Of a stretch of 64,000 nt of DNA, positions 7,835 through 15,796 are shown one piece after another (position 1 is the first letter of the stretch; every line of letters starts with the position of its first letter). Origin of the DNA: a bacterium (GTDB lineage Bacteria > Patescibacteriota > UBA1384 > VFKW01). The stretch lies in the NCBI GenBank assembly GCA_030647355.1, contig JAUSIS010000006.1, forward strand, positions 169,506 to 233,505. The letters are read 5' to 3'. Below the pieces are notes generated by a model. The model searched no databases, was not told where the DNA came from, and saw only the letters and a list, made by a program, of their open reading frames with translations. The position numbers and the translations under genes were made by a program.

Positions 7835-10534
7835 TTATTTAGTCAGCACTACACTTATCTGGCTCTGGCTGATATTGCCGGCCGCATCATAGGCCTTGGC
7901 GACAATAGTGTAGGTACCGGCCGAGATGCCCTTGCCTCTGGTATTCCAAGTGTAGGAGTAAGGGGAAGTTGTATCGGTGGCTTTAAGAGAGCCGTTGATG
8001 TAAAACTCGACCTTAGCAACACCGACATTATCGGTGGCATTAGCTGTAATATTGACCTTGGTACCCATTTTAATATTAGCGCCACTTAAGGGCAAAGTAA
8101 TGGAGACTGCGGGAGGAGTGGTATCTGGTGTTCCCCCACCACCGCCACTACCGATGGTATAGAAAGCCCAGCCTCTACCCAGACAATTACCACTGCCGGC
8201 AGCAAAAGGTACCGGGCATGTTGTGAGGGTACTGGTAATAAGCGATGCTCTGACCGCAAATGGATAAACTTTTGCCGAAGCAGATAAGGGTGATGTTAAA
8301 TGTAGTATAGTTGAGCTACTTGTTCCTGAAGCCAGCGATGTCAATGTTTCTTGATCGAAGCCAAAAGACCATCCAATACCCATACCTGAACCGTTCTCCC
8401 ACATCAGACTATAACTTTGGTTGGAACAGTAAGAGTTGCTCGCATTCGTGACCGTAACAGTGTAGGAAACTTCAGCTCCCGCATTAACCGCTGTCGACAT
8501 TGTCGGCGTGATATTAACAACCGGGGTTTGATTTATACAATCAGTCGGCGCTCCGCTCCATACCACATAGGCAGCAGTGGATGTTCCAGCAAGAGCGGTG
8601 TTTGCTTGATGAGAAGCTTTGGCGGTGAAAAAGTAAAAACCTTGTGGAGTACTGGCCGGAGAGGTGACGGAGAGCATGGCGGTGCCTGTTGCCCCCGGCG
8701 GTAAAGTTAAATTGGAAACATTAAATTGAGCCGATAAATTAGGATCTGCTGTGTAGCCGAGATCGTAGGTGGCAGGTTCACAGCCAAGCGTGTCGCTATT
8801 CTTAATACCTATGACATAGTACAGAGTTTTTCCTCCAGTAGTAGTCCCTTGATTACCGCCGGCAATTTGCACCTGGGGAGCAAAACGACCACATACTGCG
8901 GTTGGGTCAATCGTAATGTTAACCGTTGCCTCTTGGTCTGTTACCGAGGTAGTAGTGATTTTTACTCCTGATGATGAATCATTGAATATTTGATCGGGTT
9001 TAAGCGCCCATTGAGTCGGCGTTGCCACTGAAGCGCCGGCACGCAAAAGGTCGGTCATGCTGCCATAGGTGATATCCGGAGCAATCCTTATAAATATTCC
9101 TCCCGGATTAGCAAAAGAGTCAAAGCCATAAGTTTTGCGATACTCCAAATAAAAATATTTTTTCACTACATTCGTAGCCGGGTCTATCTCCTTCGGGATT
9201 CTAATCATCTGGATACCACTTGACGCGTATTCTTGCGGGGCAATTTTATAGGTTCCGCTTTGAGTCACTGTTTGATAATTGGTGGAGGTAATCCAGTCTC
9301 TGAAAGTTTTGTAATAATTGTTGTAGTGATAATAACCGCCGCCCATAATATCATACGGATCGCCATACTCACTCCATTTACAATTATCCCCTATGGGAAC
9401 GGGGTTACTGGCAGTATCGGCGCAAATGAAAGAATTGGCGTGATAAAAACCAAGGTTATGTCCCATCTCGTGAGCAATTGTAGGTGAGTTATAGTAGATG
9501 GGAGTGCTGCCAGATCCGGTATAAGTTGAGTACCAACTGCTTCCACGTACCCCACTCCCCAAGGAGCCCCGCGCACTAAAGAGACATTGGGTGGAGATGT
9601 TGCCAAAAACATACTGAACATTGGTGTAGGCGGCCGGATCAAAACCATCCCTCGCGGCCGCCATCTTGTCTCCGGCACTCCCCCAGATTCCCCACCAATT
9701 ATCCGAAAATGAACAATCGTCATTTCTGTATGATATAGTATACCAGCCGTAAATATCCAAATTCGGATCTTTGATTCCGCTCATAATAGTCTTGCCGAAA
9801 GAAGCTTCCTTCCAAAGATTGTTCACCGAATTTGGATTCAGATAATTAATCTGACGAATATAATCATTGGTAACGGTTTGTGTTTGATCATTTTGGAAAT
9901 TAATCAAGATTACCGCTATTTTGCGCATATCTGTAGGGGTAACGGTCGCTGCAACTTCTTGGGAGTCAACTGCGACAATGTCCTCGCTTCTGGCGACAAT
10001 AATATCCTGAATTTTTATTCCACTTAGTTTCACATTTCTGTTAGCCAACGATGTCGGAGCTTCACCGTCAATAAATATTTCCGGCGCTTCCGGTAGCTTT
10101 CCTAGATAGTAATGCGCTTTACCGACTTTTTCTTGGAAATCATCTTCTATAATAACTTGCAAATTACCTTCGCTCCGAAACCGCTCCTCAACGCTAGGCT
10201 TAATTTCAGCCGGCATCTGGTTGTAGAAATTCAACGGTAGCGCTGAGCTCATAAACTCGCCGGGATTTTCTTTTGCTATCATTGTAAATTTATTTTTGCG
10301 TGATTGGGCAATATCTTTAAGTTCTGCCATATCCTCGATTTTCTTACTTTTCTTATATTTAGAGGCAGCACTTAAAAGCCGGTCATTAAGGTTTTTTACC
10401 ACCACTCGTTCTTCCTGAGTTTTCAGGACATCTGCCTTAAAGAAAAGGTTATTCTTCATTAAAACAATAACTAATCCTGCAGCAGATAGAACTAAGACGA
10501 AAATTAGAATTGATAACAAAGTTCTTTTGGGCAT
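7835..10534 (-). CDS. secreted/membrane-anchored metzincin-type zinc metalloprotease with C-terminal Ig-like domain
   Basis: N-terminal TM/signal anchor. HEMGHNLGFYH matches the metzincin HExxHxxGxxH zinc site. A long Thr/Ser/Gly-rich beta-rich region and a C-terminal Ig-like module (VEFYINGSL...YTWN...GTYTI) follow. AAGGAGGG RBS before the ATG at 10534. Confidence 0.6.
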   Translation of the reverse strand: MPKRTLLSILIFVLVLSAAGLVIVLMKNNLFFKADVLKTQEERVVVKNLNDRLLSAASKYKKSKKIEDMAELKDIAQSRKNKFTMIAKENPGEFMSSALPLNFYNQMPAEIKPSVEERFRSEGNLQVIIEDDFQEKVGKAHYYLGKLPEAPEIFIDGEAPTSLANRNVKLSGIKIQDIIVARSEDIVAVDSQEVAATVTPTDMRKIAVILINFQNDQTQTVTNDYIRQINYLNPNSVNNLWKEASFGKTIMSGIKDPNLDIYGWYTISYRNDDCSFSDNWWGIWGSAGDKMAAARDGFDPAAYTNVQYVFGNISTQCLFSARGSLGSGVRGSSWYSTYTGSGSTPIYYNSPTIAHEMGHNLGFYHANSFICADTASNPVPIGDNCKWSEYGDPYDIMGGGYYHYNNYYKTFRDWITSTNYQTVTQSGTYKIAPQEYASSGIQMIRIPKEIDPATNVVKKYFYLEYRKTYGFDSFANPGGIFIRIAPDITYGSMTDLLRAGASVATPTQWALKPDQIFNDSSSGVKITTTSVTDQEATVNITIDPTAVCGRFAPQVQIAGGNQGTTTGGKTLYYVIGIKNSDTLGCEPATYDLGYTADPNLSAQFNVSNLTLPPGATGTAMLSVTSPASTPQGFYFFTAKASHQANTALAGTSTAAYVVWSGAPTDCINQTPVVNITPTMSTAVNAGAEVSYTVTVTNASNSYCSNQSYSLMWENGSGMGIGWSFGFDQETLTSLASGTSSSTILHLTSPLSASAKVYPFAVRASLITSTLTTCPVPFAAGSGNCLGRGWAFYTIGSGGGGGTPDTTPPAVSITLPLSGANIKMGTKVNITANATDNVGVAKVEFYINGSLKATDTTSPYSYTWNTRGKGISAGTYTIVAKAYDAAGNISQSQISVVLTK

Positions 10535-10584
10535 TTTCCCTCCTTTATTCATATTATCTCAACTATAATAATTATAAATAGCCA

Positions 10585-10986
10585 ATGTGGCGGTGTCAAG
10601 TGTACGTATGGAATCGAATTGTATGTGGGAAACTCACCCAAATGGTCCACTTTGTGGCCGTTTCCCGACCCCTTCCCGGATCCGATTCCAGACTCATATA
10701 TACCAAAATAGAGGAGAAAATAAGAGCACTTCAAATCGCTAAGAATGACGATTTACTTTTGAAATATAATCTTGAGGCGATCACCAAATTTATAAAAAAC
10801 AAGCTTGGTAATCTCACTCAAACTTACATAGATTCAACTCTGGAACAGAAGAGAATCTTGTTGTGTTCGATATACCCCTCAGGATTGCATTGGGGCGAAA
10901 ATGGCTATTCGAACACCCAAATTAGCAAGTTCTACAGGAGTATATTGGGGATACAGACTGATAGCATCCCTTTTGGTAGCGCATAG
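10585..10986 (+). pseudogene. truncated tyrosine-recombinase (integrase)-like N-terminal fragment abutting tRNA-Glu
   Basis: STLEQKRILLCSIYPSGLHWGE resembles the start of the tyrosine recombinase catalytic domain (LLLLLYTGLRxxE), with H in place of the first catalytic R. It is preceded by a SAM-like core-binding stretch. The ORF runs into the tRNA and lacks the rest of the catalytic domain. Confidence 0.35.
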
Positions 10987-11048
10987 GGGAGTCGAACCCC
11001 TCTTTTCAGATTGAAAATCTGACGTCCTAACCGATAGACGAATGCGCC
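10974..11048 (-). tRNA. tRNA-Glu (anticodon UUC), CCA encoded
   Basis: Manual cloverleaf on the minus strand: acceptor GGCGCAT/ATGCGCT (G1-U72), D-arm GTCT/GGAC, anticodon stem TCAGA/TCTGA with loop TTTTCAA (UUC), T-arm AGGGG-TTCGACT-CCCCT, discriminator A + CCA. Confidence 0.8.
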
Positions 11049-11098
11049 TTTATCTCGAGCGTAGTCGAGAGGGTATCATTCTAACGAAAATATTATAT
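11049..11098 (+). repeat. MITE-like ~48-bp repeat, copy A (contains the CTCGA-GCGNAG-TCGAG hairpin core)
   Basis: tttatctcgagcgtagtcgagagggtatcattctaacgaaaatattata. About 88% identical to the copy at 12402-12455. Begins immediately at the 5' end of tRNA-Glu. Confidence 0.55.
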
Positions 11099-11233
11099 CG
11101 TAAATATGACAAATAATCAAGCTAGCTCAGGGTAATTCGCATTACCCTTCCTTTACAAAATGACTAATCGGTACTATAATTATGCAACATTCAAACGCCG
11201 CAAATTTACATCTACGAAAGGGGAAAATTATCC

Positions 11234-12286
11234 ATGCAACGACCGGATAGCAAGACTATTAGTATAGAGATGCCTTGCGATATGCACACCCACTTGCGCG
11301 AGGGAGAACTCCAGAACCGAATAGTCCCGCACTTTGCTTGGCTTGACGCCGTCGTCGCCATGCTCAACTACAAGGACCCCCTCGACCTGGATCAGATTCT
11401 CACCGAGCGTGCTCGGATCGAGGAATTGATTCACCAGGCAGGTGGCCATGCCGAGCTGCTCATCGCACCATTAATGAATGAGGGGACGAGCGCTGACGAC
11501 ATTGATGCTTTCGCAGCCAACGGCATCAAGATCGTCAAAGTGATGCTCAAGGGCGTTACAACCAATTCGCACCTCGGCGTCAATCGGATCCGAGACATGT
11601 ACCCGATCTTCGCCCGCATGGAGGAACTGGGAATGATCGCCAGTTTTCATGGCGAGCTTCCCAATGTACCACACCGGTGGGCAGAGCAAGCCTTCTTACC
11701 GACCTATGAGATCTTGGCACTCAAATTCCCGCGTCTCAAGATTGTCGCCGAGCATATCTCGACACGGGAGGGTATTGAGTTGATCAAATCTCTTCCCGAA
11801 AATGTGGTAGCCACCTTGACGGCCTCGCACATGATGATTACTGGACGACAAGTCTTCAAGTCTGAAAGCGCCGAAGAAGTGCTATTCCCTAACAGGTTCT
11901 TCAGACCGGTCGCCAAGGAACACGAAGACATGATTGCCATTCAGCAAGCCGCTATGTCCGGAAATCCCAAGTTCATCTTCGGATCCGACAGTGCTCCGCA
12001 CACGCCAGAAAAGAAGCAGCTCCCCAACCCTGCTGCCGGTGCATTCTTTCCACCAGAACTAGCAATTCCGGCAATTGCGGAGGCCTTCGTGAACCTGAAT
12101 AAACTCGATCGTCTCGATGCCTTTCTTTCCGGCAACGCCCAGCGCTTCTACGGTCTCACGCCGAGCAAGCGCCAGCTTACACTTAAGTATGGCGAGTGGA
12201 CGACGCCTGAATACATCGAGGGCATAGTCCCGCTTCTGTGTGTCTATCCGATGTACTGGAGAATTGACGATAACGGCACCGACTAA
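11234..12286 (+). CDS. pyrC: dihydroorotase-like amidohydrolase (class II DHOase-like)
   Basis: N-terminal MPCDMHTHLREGE fits the DxHxHLR metal-binding start of class II dihydroorotases. Length 350 aa. GC about 53% against a ~40% background. Confidence 0.55.
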   Translation: MQRPDSKTISIEMPCDMHTHLREGELQNRIVPHFAWLDAVVAMLNYKDPLDLDQILTERARIEELIHQAGGHAELLIAPLMNEGTSADDIDAFAANGIKIVKVMLKGVTTNSHLGVNRIRDMYPIFARMEELGMIASFHGELPNVPHRWAEQAFLPTYEILALKFPRLKIVAEHISTREGIELIKSLPENVVATLTASHMMITGRQVFKSESAEEVLFPNRFFRPVAKEHEDMIAIQQAAMSGNPKFIFGSDSAPHTPEKKQLPNPAAGAFFPPELAIPAIAEAFVNLNKLDRLDAFLSGNAQRFYGLTPSKRQLTLKYGEWTTPEYIEGIVPLLCVYPMYWRIDDNGTD

Positions 12287-12325
12287 CATCTGTTCAAAGG
12301 GCGTTTAGACAATACCCAAATACTT

Positions 12326-12356
12326 CCCAGGTCATCACACCTGGGATTTTCTTTTT
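12326..12356 (+). terminator. rho-independent terminator
   Basis: cccaggt-catcac-acctggg hairpin followed by attttcttttt. Confidence 0.5.
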
Positions 12357-12377
12357 ATAGTTGATAGTTTAGCCAAT

Positions 12378-12455
12378 GAATTTATCTCGAGCGGAGTCAA
12401 GAGCTTATCTCGAGCGAAGTCGAGAGATTATCATTCCAACGAAGATATAATAACA
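12378..12455 (+). repeat. MITE-like repeat, copy B (core unit tandemly duplicated)
   Basis: tttatctcgagcggagtcaagagc + ttatctcgagcgaagtcgagagattatcattccaacgaagatataata. Confidence 0.55.
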
Positions 12456-12542
12456 TAAAAAGCAATTATCTTCGAGTTACCCCCCTACCTTACTAATCGA
12501 AAAAGAGACCATTGTCTCTTTTTCGTAAATCCCAAAATAATT

Positions 12543-13406
12543 TTAGTCGTTTGATCGTCCGGGTGCATTACTACTATTACCGCTGCTAGAACTTGAATTA
12601 GCATCCGTGCTACTGGTTACGCTTTGCGCTCCTTCAGTCTCTTGTTCTGTTACCTCTACTTCTTCAAATGCAACCACTATGCGAGCTGCGGTCAAAACAC
12701 TATCCTTATAAATCCCCGAAACATGTACTTTATCGCCTACACCAATATCGGCTAAAGTAATCTGGCCGTCACCTTCCTCGATTATTGTATTAGCCGCTGT
12801 CTTGATAGTTACCGTTGACCCCTTAATTGAGGAAATCAATTTGTTAGCCGATTTGATCGCTACCGTTAATTCGCCCGTTCCGACCGCTGCTACCGTTCCG
12901 TTTAATTCGAATTTTGTTTGATTGAGTACAGTCTTGGCTTCTTCTTTTTGTACTTCAACTTTGGTCCCGGTCAGGATACTGTCGCTAATTGTACCTCCGA
13001 TTTGCACTTTTGCGCCAATTGGAATATCAGCTAAAGTAGGATCTGTTTTACCTTTGTAGACGACTCTGGCGTCGGCAGCCAATTTAATAGCTGTCTCGCT
13101 ATCTTTTAATGTTTTTACCGAATTGGTAGAACTTTTAATTTTAACTGTAATAGTTGACTCGGCTGCATCTATCGCCGTTACCGTTCCGTTTAATTCGAAC
13201 TTACTTTTACCTAGTGCCTGTCCGTTATCGGTTCCCTCTGATTCTTCCGAATCTAAAGCCTGCTGGTTTGACTGCCCGACTAGTACTTTATTTATATCGT
13301 TCTTATATTTTACTCCTGCGGTTGTTCCAAATGTTGCCGCCAACAAAACGATCAATACCGTCAAAAGTGGTGCCATCCCCCTTGAGTACTTATTGCGTGA
13401 GAACAT
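12543..13406 (-). CDS. secreted protein with two tandem ~95-aa repeats and a Ser-rich tail (hypothetical)
   Basis: Signal/TM sequence MAPLLTVLIVLLAATFG. Internal repeats KFELNGTVTAIDAAESTITVKIKS / KFELNGTVAAVGTGELTVAIKS. AGGAGG RBS 4 nt before the ATG at 13406 (tabulated start is 13451). Confidence 0.45.
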   Translation of the reverse strand: MFSRNKYSRGMAPLLTVLIVLLAATFGTTAGVKYKNDINKVLVGQSNQQALDSEESEGTDNGQALGKSKFELNGTVTAIDAAESTITVKIKSSTNSVKTLKDSETAIKLAADARVVYKGKTDPTLADIPIGAKVQIGGTISDSILTGTKVEVQKEEAKTVLNQTKFELNGTVAAVGTGELTVAIKSANKLISSIKGSTVTIKTAANTIIEEGDGQITLADIGVGDKVHVSGIYKDSVLTAARIVVAFEEVEVTEQETEGAQSVTSSTDANSSSSSGNSSNAPGRSND

Positions 13407-13507
13407 AAAACCTCCTAATATGATTACAATACTATTGTAGAGCTTTGACATAATCTGTCAATAGGTTATATCCTGAGCAATTGAATATATACATTGAATT
13501 ATATTTG

Positions 13508-13579
13508 AGGGCCCAGTGGGATTCGAACCCACGACACGAGGATTAAGAGTCCTCTGCTCTACCACTGAGCTATAGGCCC
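13508..13579 (-). tRNA. tRNA-Lys (anticodon CUU)
   Basis: Manual fold: acceptor GGGCCTA/TGGGCCC, D-arm GCTC-AGTGGTA-GAGC, anticodon stem GAGGA/TCCTC with loop CTCTTAA, T-arm GTGGG-TTCGAAT-CCCAC. CCA is not encoded. Confidence 0.8.
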
Positions 13580-13686
13580 ATATCTTAAATACATCATATA
13601 TAATAACCTAAAATTAATCAAAAATCAACCCTAATAACCAGTGAAGATCATTAGTTTAAATAATCAAAATAGCGCCCACCGTTAGG

Positions 13687-14637
13687 TTAGGCGCTTATGA
13701 TCTCTAATGTTCGGTCTCGCAGATCTCTGCGGATGTAGTAGCAGGGCAGAAATGGGTTACGAAGAAATATTGAGCCGAAACTAACTGCACCCACCCCCAG
13801 CGTGCGTACTTTGGCTATATCCTCGTATTCCCATACACCCGCCCCAATGACCGGGATCAATCCAATCTCAACTATGTCATGAATGAACGGCCAGTTGATG
13901 TGTTGCGCCGCTTTGCCGGAAACACCGCCTCCGCCATGGTGTGCTAACGGGCTCACTTTATCAGGAAAGCAGATCGCCCAAGGAACCGTATTGATCGTAA
14001 TTGCTTCCACGATTCTATGCACAGTCATGACTATTCTCTCAAGCAGTGGCCAAGAAGCAGCCGAAAGCTTAAGGATAACCGGCTTGCTACTTTCTCGACG
14101 AATGATTTCGCACATCTCCTGTAGTCGCCCGACAGTCATCGGTACGCTATGCTGTACATTGGGGCAATAAGGGTCAATCTCGATTGCCACAATCGGCAGA
14201 TCTCTGCATCGCCTTGCCATCTGCGCCAATTTTCGAAAATCGTCAGAGAAAAAGTTAAGCACCAGAGCATACAGCTTTGGATTATAACTCTTCTCTATAT
14301 CCTCGGCAACCACCCAAAAGCCCGGGTTTGCCCATCCATGCGCATTGACTGTTCCGCCGGGTAAAAATCGCAGAGTATCTCTGGGCTTATACCATCGATA
14401 GTTTCCTAAACGCCCAGGAGAAGTAGTAGTCTTACCGAAGACCGTCATCATTGCCCGGTCGAGTGGCTTTTCCCAGTGGAGCAACTTATCAGCCAAATTT
14501 CTCCGGCTGAAATCAGGGATAGACAGATAGAGCAATATCCGCTCCCACGGCCACGCCTCGCCCCAATAGCCCAAAGCGCCAGCCGAGCACGCATACTCAA
14601 TCTCGTGTCCGTTCGACAGCCGGATCAAATCATTCAC
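13687..14637 (-). CDS. dihydroorotate dehydrogenase-like flavoprotein (class 1 DHODH TIM-barrel family)
   Basis: AIEIDPYCPNV (NxSCPN-like), HGGGGVSGKA (GGLSGxP-like) and IPVIGAGVWEYEDIAKVRTLGVGAVSFGS (C-terminal FMN-binding strand). GC about 50%. Confidence 0.5.
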   Translation of the reverse strand: MNDLIRLSNGHEIEYACSAGALGYWGEAWPWERILLYLSIPDFSRRNLADKLLHWEKPLDRAMMTVFGKTTTSPGRLGNYRWYKPRDTLRFLPGGTVNAHGWANPGFWVVAEDIEKSYNPKLYALVLNFFSDDFRKLAQMARRCRDLPIVAIEIDPYCPNVQHSVPMTVGRLQEMCEIIRRESSKPVILKLSAASWPLLERIVMTVHRIVEAITINTVPWAICFPDKVSPLAHHGGGGVSGKAAQHINWPFIHDIVEIGLIPVIGAGVWEYEDIAKVRTLGVGAVSFGSIFLRNPFLPCYYIRRDLRDRTLEIISA

Positions 14638-14770
14638 CTCGATTCTTCAAGAACTATTCTGGCGGTATCTTATCACAAAAAAACCAAATTTCCAAAAACG
14701 AAAATCCCACATTAGACAACAAAGTCCTCATCATGTATGCTAAAATAAGTAAATATTTGCGGAGGGAATT

Positions 14771-15796
14771 TTGTTTGGACAAGAGCTAATTGATGAAATT
14801 CGAAAATCAGGACTAACGGGCAGAAGCGGCTCCGGCTTCAATACAGCCGACAAATGGCACGCCGTCCTTAATGCCAATGCTGAAAAAAAATACGTCATAG
14901 CCAATGGCGCCGAGGGAGAACCGGATACCCACAAAGACTACTACCTTCTCTCGCATTATCCCCAAGAAATTATCAAAGGGATTATTCTGGCTATGCATAC
15001 AGTCGGTGCAATGGAAGGCTTTTTGTATCTGAAAGCAAGTTATTTCGATCGCCTACAAAGCAAACTCAGACACTTGTTAAGGGGGCTTCCCATCAAATTA
15101 GTTGTAGAAAATCCAGGCGGATATCGATGCGGAGAAGAAACAATCGTCATCCAGGTAATCGAGGGCAAGCGTGCTGAACCTCAATTCAAACCGCCTTATC
15201 CAACCCAAAAAGGACTCTGGGGATATCCTACTTTGATAGATAATGTTGAAACCATCTATACCGTGAAATTAATCAACGATGGAAAATATAAAAAAACCCA
15301 TTATTACACAATAAGTGGCCACGTTGAACACCCCGGAACATTTGAAGCACCGGAAAATATTACTGTAGAAAACTTACTCGTTCTCACTGACAATGAGCCG
15401 CAAGAAAAAACTTTTGCCCAAGTTGGCGGAGGTGCCAGCGGTAATATAGTAACCGACAACACTTATTTTTCCTGCAAAATAACTGGAACCGGTTCGGTTT
15501 CTCTCCACCTTCTGGGCGAAGCGCCGGCAAGGTTATTAAAACTCATCAAATTTTACAAAAAAGAATCATGCGGTAAATGTATCCCATGCCGGGAAGGCGC
15601 CTACCGCCTTTATGAATTAATTACAGCACCCAAAATCAACTGGCAGGAAATTGAGGATATTTTAGATACTATGGAAAAAACGAGTTTCTGTGCTCTAGGT
15701 CGTAGCATTGCTTTGCCGGCTCGCGGATTAATTAAATTAGCCGGCGAAGTCAAACAAACTATTACAGAGGAAGAATATGCCAAAAATAACAATTGA
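14771..15796 (+). CDS. NuoF-like NADH-binding Fe-S flavoprotein (hydrogenase beta / HndC-like)
   Basis: GRSGSGFNTADKW (GRGGAGFPTGxKW), ANGAEGEPDTHKD (CNADEGEPGTFKD) and ESCGKCIPCREG (4Fe-4S motif). Confidence 0.7.
   Translation: MFGQELIDEIRKSGLTGRSGSGFNTADKWHAVLNANAEKKYVIANGAEGEPDTHKDYYLLSHYPQEIIKGIILAMHTVGAMEGFLYLKASYFDRLQSKLRHLLRGLPIKLVVENPGGYRCGEETIVIQVIEGKRAEPQFKPPYPTQKGLWGYPTLIDNVETIYTVKLINDGKYKKTHYYTISGHVEHPGTFEAPENITVENLLVLTDNEPQEKTFAQVGGGASGNIVTDNTYFSCKITGTGSVSLHLLGEAPARLLKLIKFYKKESCGKCIPCREGAYRLYELITAPKINWQEIEDILDTMEKTSFCALGRSIALPARGLIKLAGEVKQTITEEEYAKNNN

Noticed and set aside
10549-10734. 61-aa minus-strand ORF at the protease start
   Set aside because: It overlaps the protease RBS/start and the integrase-like fragment. 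Poor composition.
10974-11048. Reading the tRNA with G1 paired to C instead of U
   Set aside because: The sequence gives G1-U72. Shifting the acceptor by one position breaks the 7-bp stem, so the G-U wobble and tRNA-Glu(UUC) call were kept.
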